This document shows positions 16,035 to 25,300 of a stretch of DNA of 32,000 nt, one piece after another. The DNA is from Ignicoccus islandicus DSM 13165 (lineage in GTDB: Archaea > Thermoproteota > Thermoprotei_A > Sulfolobales > Ignicoccaceae). The position numbers and the translations under genes were made by a program. The stretch is taken from positions 690,001-722,000 of the forward strand of contig NZ_CP006867.1 of assembly GCF_001481685.1 (NCBI RefSeq). Direction: 5' to 3'. How positions within the stretch are numbered: the stretch's first letter is position 1; each line of letters opens with the position of its first letter. Under the pieces are notes generated by a model that was not told the DNA's origin, searched no databases, and saw nothing but the letters and a program-made list of their open reading frames with translations.

Positions 16035-16606
16035 TTCCTCAGCACCTCCACTACCTCACTTATGAGAGGTTGTAAAACCATTACTTTAGGTCGAACTTCC
16101 CTCCATTCGCCACTTAGCGTAACGGTGAGTAAGTGGTAACTTCCCATGGGGCTTACAGCAATAACTTTTCCCTCAGAAGTCGCTACTAAGCCGTTTACTA
16201 TCAACTCTCCTAAAAAGTCTGTTCTTAAGAGACCTAAGTTCAAATTCAAGTTCTCTATTGGAACATTTGCTATTAAGGTCGACATGTCAATTTGGTCTTC
16301 ACTGTAATTTATCTCAGTAAGGAAGGAAATAAGTTCGGCTACATAATCTTTAAAATTATCTATATCGCCAAACAGTATGATGTTCTTCGCATCGGGAGTA
16401 ACGTATATTTTATATGCTATTGACTGGAGATCTTCCGAAGGCTTATAACCAATTAGCAAATTTTCCATGCTTAGTATCTCATATGTACCGTCCTCTTTTG
16501 GGAGGACCTTAGCGCTCCATAAACCGTATTTCGCTAATACTTTCGAGAACTCGACTAGGTTGAGGGGAACGCTTAGGTGAAGCTCCAATCTCGCACTTCC
16601 TTCCAC
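16016..16606 (-). CDS. Hypothetical protein
   Basis: 196-aa ORF, co-oriented with the HAD gene and overlapping it by 19 nt. I recognised no motifs. Confidence 0.5.
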   Translation of the reverse strand: MEGSARLELHLSVPLNLVEFSKVLAKYGLWSAKVLPKEDGTYEILSMENLLIGYKPSEDLQSIAYKIYVTPDAKNIILFGDIDNFKDYVAELISFLTEINYSEDQIDMSTLIANVPIENLNLNLGLLRTDFLGELIVNGLVATSEGKVIAVSPMGSYHLLTVTLSGEWREVRPKVMVLQPLISEVVEVLRKWTSQK

Positions 16607-16701
16607 TAGGCAGCACCTCTCAAATGGGCCACGGGTTCTAGTCGTTCCTCAGTTTAATTTAATTGCAAATCGTTCGTCTTAGGAAGTAACGGGCATAACT
16701 A

Positions 16702-17619
16702 TTGCGTCACCTAATCTCAACTAGAGAATTATCTAAGAAGGACATGATGGAAATATGGGACATTGCTTCTGAAATAGAGAGTAAACGCCTCCACAAAAGC
16801 TCTTGGTGTCTCCTAGAGGGCAAGACGGTCACTCTAGCATTCTTCGAGCCTTCCACTAGAACACGCTTAAGTTTTCAACTAGCGGCCAAGAGGTTATGTG
16901 CCAACGTTCTTCCTACGGTTGGGGAAGAAGCGTTAAGTTTAGCAAAGGGCGAGAGTTTTCACGATACCGTTATGGTCTTAGATGAACTAAGTGACGTGTT
17001 AGTAATAAGGCACTGGATGGAAGGCGCAGCTAAGTACGCTTCGGAAATAGCTAAGCATGCTATCGTTAACGCTGGCGATGGACGTAACTACCATCCAACT
17101 CAGACGCTGATAGACTTGTATACCGTAAAGAAGAGATTCGGAACCATTGATGGACTCAGTTTCGCATTAGTGGGAGATTTGAGATACGCTAGAACGGCTA
17201 AGTCACTCCTAATGGCTCTTACTAAGTTCAATGTTAAATCAATATATATAGTTGCACCGCCCCAGCTGAAACCACACCCATGGATAGTGGAAGAACTAAG
17301 GAGAAATAACGTTAGGGTTTTCGAAACGGATAACTTAAATGAAATTATAGGAATGGTAGACGTTTTATATGTAACTAGGATACAAAAGGAGAGAATCCCC
17401 GATCCAGCTGAATATGAGAAATTAAGGGGAAGTTATAGAGTAACGCTTGAATTGGTGAAGAGAGGCAAGAGCGATTTGCTAGTATTACACCCACTGCCTA
17501 GGCTCGATGAGTTGGATTACGAAATAGATAGTACGCCACACGCCGGTTATTTGGAACAAGTACGCGTTGCCGTTCCAGTTAGGATGGCCGCTCTAGCGTG
17601 GAGCTACGGGGTGGTATGA
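16702..17619 (+). CDS. pyrB: Aspartate carbamoyltransferase catalytic subunit
   Basis: 305-aa ORF with STRTR, HPTQ and HPLPR motifs. TTG start. Confidence 0.92.
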   Translation: MRHLISTRELSKKDMMEIWDIASEIESKRLHKSSWCLLEGKTVTLAFFEPSTRTRLSFQLAAKRLCANVLPTVGEEALSLAKGESFHDTVMVLDELSDVLVIRHWMEGAAKYASEIAKHAIVNAGDGRNYHPTQTLIDLYTVKKRFGTIDGLSFALVGDLRYARTAKSLLMALTKFNVKSIYIVAPPQLKPHPWIVEELRRNNVRVFETDNLNEIIGMVDVLYVTRIQKERIPDPAEYEKLRGSYRVTLELVKRGKSDLLVLHPLPRLDELDYEIDSTPHAGYLEQVRVAVPVRMAALAWSYGVV

Positions 17620-18092
17620 TGAAGGAAATGAAGGTAAGCAAAATAAACAATGGAACTGTAATTGACCATATTCCTCCAGGAAGAGCCCTGGAGGTACTCA
17701 AGCTACTAGGCATAACTGGAAAGGAAGGTAAAATGATACTGGTAGCAATGAACGTAACTTCAAACAGGATGAAAGGTGGTAGGAAGGACATAGTAAAGAT
17801 AGAGGGACTCTATTTATCTGAGGACCAAATAAGGAGAATAGCCTTAATAGCACCGACTGCTACCATAAATATTATAAAGAACCGGGAAGTCGTAGAGAAG
17901 AAAGGCGTTGAAATACCCGACGAGGTATCCGGAATATTGAAATGCTCTAATCCTACTTGTATAACTAGAAACGAAAAGGTTAGAGTGGCTTCAAAGTTTA
18001 GAGTCATAAATAAAAATCCGCTTAGATTACAGTGTGTCTATTGTGAGAGTATAATCGAAGAGGAAGAAATTAGTAAGTACATGGTGACGTAA
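17616..18092 (+). CDS. pyrI: Aspartate carbamoyltransferase regulatory subunit
   Basis: VSKINNGTVIDHIPPGRALEVLKLLG, plus a C-terminal zinc domain (CSNPTC...CVYCE). ATG at 17616 overlaps the pyrB stop (ATGA). The ORF-track start 17598 is probably too early. Confidence 0.9.
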   Translation: MMKEMKVSKINNGTVIDHIPPGRALEVLKLLGITGKEGKMILVAMNVTSNRMKGGRKDIVKIEGLYLSEDQIRRIALIAPTATINIIKNREVVEKKGVEIPDEVSGILKCSNPTCITRNEKVRVASKFRVINKNPLRLQCVYCESIIEEEEISKYMVT

Positions 18093-18093
18093 C

Positions 18094-18774
18094 TTGAAGT
18101 ACGAATATAAGATATCGGGAGTATTGAGGAAAAGGAAACTCAATAAGTACGTATACGAAATTTACGTGAAATGGGCTGAGAAACCTCCAGTAGGAACGTT
18201 CTTCATGGTGTGGCTGCCGGGGTTCGAAGCCATACCACTCTCCGTAGCCGATTGGGATAAAGGCGCCCTCAAGTTCTTAGTTCAAATAAGAGGTCAAACT
18301 ACTAAGGCGTTATATAGTGCAGAGAAAGTTGGACTAATGGGTCCTTTGGGAAGGGAGGCACCCAGACCTTCTTCGAAACCCACTTTGATAGCCGGTGGAA
18401 TAGGGGTCGCTCCATTGCTTTACATGAGACGCGAATGGGGAGGAAAGTTAATATATGGGGCTCGGAACTCAGAGATGTTGATACCTCTAGATGAGCTTGG
18501 GGGAGAGGTAATAGTAGCTACTGAGGACGGTTCTAAGGGAATTAAAGGTACCGTTATAGATGCGTTCAAGGAAAATCTCGCTAAGAGCGACATCTATTCA
18601 TGTGGACCCCTTCCCATGATGAGGGCCTTAGGCGAAATGGCTCGTTCCATGGGTTTAAGAGGTTACGGGAGTACGGAAGTACCAGTGAAATGCGGAATGG
18701 GGATATGTGGCGCTTGCGCTATAGCGGGAAGGTTATTGTGCAAGGAACCTTGGATACCCCTTCACCTATTTTAA
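18094..18774 (+). CDS. pyrK: Dihydroorotate dehydrogenase electron-transfer subunit (PyrK-like), short form
   Basis: 226-aa ORF with GPLG, AGGIGVAPL, TEDGSKG.KG, CGP..MM and a C-terminal CGMGICGAC 2Fe-2S motif. TTG start 1 nt after the pyrI stop. Confidence 0.8.
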   Translation: MKYEYKISGVLRKRKLNKYVYEIYVKWAEKPPVGTFFMVWLPGFEAIPLSVADWDKGALKFLVQIRGQTTKALYSAEKVGLMGPLGREAPRPSSKPTLIAGGIGVAPLLYMRREWGGKLIYGARNSEMLIPLDELGGEVIVATEDGSKGIKGTVIDAFKENLAKSDIYSCGPLPMMRALGEMARSMGLRGYGSTEVPVKCGMGICGACAIAGRLLCKEPWIPLHLF

Positions 18775-18778
18775 AAAA

Positions 18779-19090
18779 TCATCCCTTTACGTTAACCACT
18801 ATTACTTGGCCGCTACCTCCAGTAGCAGCCCCAACGCTTTGACCAGTAGTCTGTACTGGAACGGTTTGTGGAATGGCTGGACTCAGCGCTGTGGAGTGAC
18901 TCTGTATTATAGTTTCACACGCCGAAATCTTTGGAAACACGTATAGCCAGCCGAAGACTATCAGCAAGAACGTCAAGATTAGTGCTATTACGAAGTCGCC
19001 TATCTTGTCCCTTTCACACTCGTTTGGTAACAGTAATATCGCTAAGGGTGGAAAGATGAACCCTAAGATCCATGCTAGTATCAAACCCAC
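18779..19090 (-). CDS. Small membrane protein, possibly Pmp3/YqaE-like, with a Gly/Thr/Val-rich tail
   Basis: 103-aa ORF with two hydrophobic helices. The ILGFIFPPLAILL segment resembles the PPL motif of UPF0057/Pmp3 proteins. GTG start. Confidence 0.45.
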   Translation of the reverse strand: MGLILAWILGFIFPPLAILLLPNECERDKIGDFVIALILTFLLIVFGWLYVFPKISACETIIQSHSTALSPAIPQTVPVQTTGQSVGAATGGSGQVIVVNVKG

Positions 19091-19175
19091 GAACCTTTCA
19101 CCGATGGTGTTCTAGACTGTAAAACATTTCAATGGTCACTGAAACTGAAACGTTTGGTAAATGTGAATAGAATGA

Positions 19176-19335
19176 GAGGCCGGGAGACCTCGGGGTCATT
19201 CTCCCGATAATCGGGCGTCACGTGGATCCCCGAGGCACTCCTCGTGATGAAATTAGGAATTGAGGATTAGTTAAGCTTAGCCCGATGAGGAGTACGCCAT
19301 CGGGAGAGGAGTGATCGGAAGCCCCCACTGAGGGA
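19176..19335 (+). ncRNA. GC-rich structured element(s), unclassified; possible K-turn-containing or atypical C/D-like RNA
   Basis: Four helices are present. The first is CGGGAGA/TCTCCCG (19181-87/19200-06). The second is CCTCGGGG/CCCCGAGG (19188-95/19228-35), which is mutually exclusive with the first or forms a pseudoknot with it. The others are CCCGA/TCGGG (19203-07/19211-15) and CCCGATG/CATCGGG (19281-87/19298-304). C-box-like GTGATGA (19244-50) and GTGATCG (19311-17) and D-box CTGA (19328-31) occur only on the + strand. Confidence 0.3.
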
Positions 19336-19339
19336 AAAA
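19335..19339 (-). terminator. T5 tract immediately after the stop codon of the giant gene
   Basis: The minus strand reads TAA-TTTTT-CCC. Oligo-T tracts are the usual archaeal termination signal. Confidence 0.35.
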
Positions 19340-22300
19340 TTACTTGATTGGAATAGTCATGTTACACGTTACTGCTATTAATCCTACTTGAGTGGACGTT
19401 ACGTTACCGCTTAGCTTCGTCGGTTGACTCTGCATCCCGCATACGCAATAACAGTCCGGCGGCTCTTCGGCTACCTTTGCTGGCTGTGGACTGGGCGGGG
19501 GCTGAATTGCCGGGGTCTTACAGTTGAGGCACTCGGCACCTCCTACTACCGTGAATAAGCTACCTTGATATTGGAAGAGCACGTCCTTGCTGCTAGTGAA
19601 GGCGTAGCTCTCGTAGTTTGCGTTGCAATTAACTTGGTTATCTTGTTCGGCGTAAGCTCTGCATTCGCTCAAACTGACCTCTCCAAGCGAGGTATCGTTG
19701 ACGGTCTTTAGCAGCATATCGGGCCTTTCCGCTTTCTTCGGTCTATCGAAGAGATCTAGGCCGCTCCATACGTCAGCAAAGATACCGACTTGTTGGCCAG
19801 TGTTCTCGGGCGTGGCATTGCTATCGAACGATTTCACAGTGCTAACTAGAGCGCTCCATCCCGCGTTGTTACCGCTAGTTATTCCACTGAAGAACCAGTT
19901 GAGAGCTATGTACGGCCAAGTCCAGTTCTCTCCTAATACTAAGTCAGCCCTATCGTAGTGGAAGACAACGTCACCGCTCTCGTATAGGGTCGCTCCGAAC
20001 CTAGCCCTTAACCACGGATCGTTTTCCCAATATGGATAGAAGCTCTCGTCCCACCATATTGATGCCCACCTCTGACCGTGACTGTAACCGTACTGGGTCC
20101 ATTTCTCGATATGTGCTCCGTGCCATCCCGCATACAGGAAGCTATTCGTCCAAGCTATTAAGTCGCTGAAGAACGGATATATACCAGTGTGGCCTAAGAA
20201 CTCGTTCCAGTTGGGCGTGTAGTCCCTTAGGAACCAATCTTGTTGGGTGCAATCGTCCTTGAAGTACATGTCGCCGTTAACCATTATAGCTATCCAGTTG
20301 AGCCAGTTTACGCCGTAGAACGGGAATTGCGATAGATCGAACGATGGTATGTCCTCCCTACTCGAAGGCGTTGCCTTGAACCACACCCAGTCGTCGTCTA
20401 GGGTTAGAGGGGCGTGCCAACACCCAATGGGCGTTACGTCGCTCGGGTAGCGATAGTAGGACTCCTCAGTAGCCACGAGCACTTGTAGTACGCCTCCGTT
20501 ACACATGTCGTACCATTGTATGGTAACGGTGTGGTATCCTTCAGGTACCTCTATGACGTAATAGTCTTGTCTAGGAGCCGTCGGGTCCCATAGGTCTAGT
20601 GCTGTATTGTTATCTATCCAAACCTTAATTCCATCGTCGTGGCGTATGTAGATCTTAGTTCCCGGCGTGAAGTACATAGTTGTATTCATTACTCCGTAGT
20701 AGGCCCAGTGCTTCCCATCTAGTAAGCATCTAGGCCCTCTATATGGTATCTTTACTAAGGGATTACCTATTAACCAGTAGCTCTCTGGGTTCGTACACCA
20801 ATTGGCGGCGCAACATGGACCACCGTTTGGTAGAGTTTCGTTGCTATACACGGCAACGCTGTAGTCCCAATCACTAGTCGTAGGCGAACCGCTTACCGGC
20901 TTAGTCGGAACCGTTGCGTCCACCTTAGCGACAAGCGAACAGCTCTCTGAACACTGCCATTGCGGATCTAACCATGGTCTATCTCCAGGGGAGTCCGGTT
21001 CCCAGTGAGGTTGATAGTGAGTAGAGAAGGTACACTGGTGACCCCATTGGCAGTCTGCATCCATGGGGAAGGCCTTGTACACCTCTACGTGCCACTTCAC
21101 GAGAGGTTGGGTGTTACTTCCAGTTAGACCCCATATTTGGTTGTTTCTCTCGAGAGCGCCTCTGCGGCTCCACGGTTCTTCTATGTAGTATCCCTTCTTA
21201 GTGAGATAGACTACGTAGAAGCTGTTCGCTTGAACCCACGGGTTGCGAGCCAGTTCTAGTAATTTCTTAGGATCGTTAACCTCCGGACTCTTCGGAGCGA
21301 CTACTATTACGTCGTCTATACTGACCGTACCATAGTGCTCTTCCGAGTTAGAGGCAGTGAATCCTAGGAACCACTCCTCTGGAATACTGAATCCTTCGAG
21401 TCCCACGCTAGTATTTAGTACTAGTTCGTTGTCTATCCACACCATTACCTTTCCTCCGCACGTAGCTATTTGCGAACACGCCTCGAAGGAGCTGAAGCCT
21501 ACGTTAGGCTTCAAGCAGTAGGTCATGTAACTGAACTCGCCTATTGATTGAGATACGTCGAAGTAGCAGTTACCGGACCATTGAGGATCAACGTATATCG
21601 TCAATTCGTGCCAGTTTCCATCTATTATTGAAGACGGTGAGATTGCGTGGTATCCTATGAGTGCGTAAGGTGAATCCTTCACTAATGCGACATGCGCGTC
21701 CACCAGAATATTATTCTCCATGAATAGACCAAGGCTCTTTACTCTATGTGCCTCTACTGGAGGCGCTTGGCTCCTGTGGAAGTCTACTTCTACTGCGTAA
21801 CCGGGACTATAGCCGCTGTTAGGTCCAGCTATTAAGCCTAGCGCGGAACCTCCCCACGGTCTCACTTGCCATACGCTCGTGAAGTCCTTGCTCTCTAACG
21901 GATAGTATTTCTTGTAGAAAGCGACAGCGAAGCCTTCGGGATCGCCCTCAACTTTGAACTTCAAGTTCAATAACCACGGTCTTCCTTGCAGTAACCATCT
22001 GATGTTCTCCATGATTTTCGGATCGACTAATATAACACTGGCTTGGTTCGGCTGACCTGACACTAACTCTATCAGTCCGTTCCCTCCTTGGTTTAGCGCC
22101 TTGAGTCCAAGCTTCGGTTGGGAGTTAGAGCCCGGTGGAGCTTCGTATCTTTTTATTACGGTCCAGTTCGCCATATAATTGAAATCGTCGTCCACTAGGA
22201 CCTTTATTTCACCGCTTTGCGCATGGACGTAGTAATCGTCCGCTGCACAGAGCTTAGCGACCTCAGTTAAGTTCTCTACAGTACCAGGCTGGCATAGCCT

Positions 22301-25300
22301 GAAGTCATCGATGAGGGTAACGGTCGATAGATCCCCAATGTTACCGCTCGAAGTGAACCCGATGCTCCATGCCGGTGGGATATAGAAGCCGGAGCTCGGC
22401 TCGCTAACTACTTCGTTTACCTTTACGTATAGTCCTCCTCCGCAACAACTGTCCGCGAAGTAGATCACGACAATGTAATAGCCTGGCTCTGGGAAGTTCA
22501 GACTGAACGTCCTGACCCTCCCGGGTGTATAGGCCCAGTTGCTCTCGACGATCCTTGGCTTACTTATTATTATCCATTTTCCTTGCTCTTCGTCGTACTT
22601 AACTTTCGCAACAGCAACGGCTTGGGCGTCATCGGCAGCTATTTGGAACTGAAGCGTCGTAGGCTTAGTTATCTGAACTATTGAGTACGCGCTGACGAAT
22701 GCAGCCTCATCTAACTCGGGTGGCCTCTGATATACTACGTAAGTTGCTGCATCAGTTGGTACTATGCCGTAACAACCGCTTATTTGCCTTAATCTGCCGT
22801 CGTACGTAACAACCTCGTTACTTCCTAGGAACCAAGAGGTTCCGAGTGGTTGTATTACGCCTATTGGATATCTATACTCTTCTCCATCCACAGTGATGTG
22901 ATCAATTCTCTGGAACCATATAGAGTCTTCGTCGTTGCTGGCCACTTCGTAGACGTTACCCGGATCCCAAGCGTTGCCGTTATCGAAGAAGTTAGGTATT
23001 GAAGAGGTTGGCGGTTTAAGTAGTTCTCTTATTTCGTCATTGACGTTGACGTTCGGCACGATGTACTTACTTGGATCGGGCGGGACTCTGGGGTTGCGAC
23101 CGGGACAATCATCGAAGTTGTCGTCATAGAATAGCCTCACTTTCCACGCTAGCTTACCAACTCCATTATAGAGCTTGAGAGTTATTGGTTCGTCCCACCA
23201 AGAATTGCCCCACTGCACAATTATCCTATTGAGGCCGGGTCTAGCGTAGATTGTCCATAGTATTTTCGGATTACCAGCCATTACGAACCATCCGGAGACC
23301 ACCGGTTCAATTCTAGTTTCGGTACTCCCATCTTCTCGAAGCACTTGATACTCGTGCCATACTTTTATGTAGTCGCTTCCGTACGCTTCAAGTACTACTA
23401 TTCCATTACTCGATGCTTGGAACTCCGCCACTATTACTGCCCTACTGCTACTACTACCACCACTTCTCTTGGTCCAGACTATGTTTTCCGCTATGTAATC
23501 GAACTCGTAAACGTAGCCTTCGGAGGGGCCATCGAATACCGTTACGCCTTGATCGGGCTTAGCGACGAATACTAGAGACGTTCCCGGAGTTTTCGTAAGC
23601 GGGATAGGGAAGCTATCAGTTAATTCATATGGGTTAGCGTTAGCTACAACGTAACTACCGTCTAGGTTGACCGGGTTCGCGTTCGATGGTACTTCGTTGT
23701 AGTTGTTCGGTTCTTGAGTCGCACACGTCGTACCACTGCAAGTGAAGAGGGCGACGTACCACTTCACGGCGTTACCGTTTTCGTCGTAGACGAAGACGTC
23801 GTGGCCTATAGCGCTTCCACTACCATAGGTGGCCTTGGTTACGTCTTGCGCATCAAGTAGGACTTTATTTACGTTACCGTTTCCATCCATCTCGTACGCT
23901 ACCACGCTCATTCTCTGGAAATAGGCATTTCCTCTACTTACAACGTCTTCGGGCTTAACTATGACACAAATTCTCTTCCATGCGTTTAGGAAGTCTTCGA
24001 ACGTCGTTGTGAACCTAGCTAGGACCTCTCCCGGTAACCAATTGGTGAACATATCTCTATATATCAGTGCATAGTGAGGGGCTAGAGGTTCATTATCTAT
24101 CCAATAGCTATTGGTACCATCGAATTGAGCCATTGTCGTATATCTCGGGTCGAACTCTACACCAAAGCCCGAGCTATCGCCGGTTCCATAGAAGCCTAAC
24201 AAGTCTGGGGCATTGGAGGGTACTATGTAATCGAATTGTTTGTAGAAGCTGAACGTAAAGCCTCCTTCAGGTCCGCCAACGTTCGTTATCCCGCTGTAAG
24301 AGTTCCTAGTCGCGATGAGTGCATTGAAACATGCGACCCAAGGCTTTAATAGATCCTCTCTGATGTTATCCATTACGAAATCGCTTAACCTTATGAATCC
24401 GTTTTGGAGGAGTACCTCCATATCTCCATTGTCGTTTTCAATCGGGTAACCAAGGCTCTTTAAGTAGGTATCGAAGTCGCCTACGTATACGTCGCCTTGT
24501 AGGTTCCACTTACCCGCCTCCTTCATGACCTCAGCATTGGCTTTTCCGATATCCAGTTCGTTTGAAGATATCCTATTGAAGTCTTCCTTGAACGGTATGT
24601 TTACTAGGAGGCTCGGTTGCGAACCGTGTTCGTTAACTAGGTATGGAGACGGACAGTCTGTCTTAGATTGGTGTATGTTATCGTAACAGCCTCTTTCTAG
24701 TGGAGCGTAGAAGACGCCGTAGTTCCCTTGCGGAGGCGGTATGTAGGTACTCGAAGGCTTAACGTTGATCGGTGGGAGGAAGTTAGTGCCCATGTAAGGA
24801 CCTCCTAGTTGGTACCATATTTCGAGAGGCCAGTACTTGACGTAAACGCATACGCCACCTCTCACGGTCTCTCCTGGATAGACCGTGAACGGTATCCTTA
24901 CAGTCACCCAACCAGCTGCGTTGCCGTAGCCATAGTCACTTAGTAGAGGCTTATAGAATATTCCGGCCTTCTTATCAGTTATCGCGAACTTTAGGTATCC
25001 GGTATCTAGAGCATCGTAGAAGTGGATGGTTACCACGTGCGCACCGGGCTTAACTGGCAGAGCTATAGTCTGCGTCATTTCGTAAGGCATGGTTTCGTTT
25101 CTCGTAACTACCTCTTCCACGAACCTACCATACACTTTAGTCTCATCTACATATTCTCTTATTCTTAGTTCATCTATCCAGTAGGGCCATCCTCCCCTAA
25201 CTACTATCCTCGTATACGTTCTCTGGGTGCTCGGTAACCTCCTTAGTTCGGTGTCCTTTAGCGTGTAAGTACCAGTGGTGGGTCCATCTAAGAAGAGCTT

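Noticed and set aside
381-18842. Other antisense or alternative-frame ORFs in the track: 381-608, 1278-1484, 4879-5187, 5371-5556, 6557-6754, 7151-7381, 8069-8497, 8281-8478, 10139-10321, 12677-13123, 14222-14410, 15799-16065, 17579-17791, 17810-18007 and 18600-18842. Further right, the same applies to 29135-29335, 29483-29796, 29976-30158 and 30831-31211.
   Set aside because: Each lies wholly within or antisense to an ORF with clear family motifs, and none shows motifs of its own.
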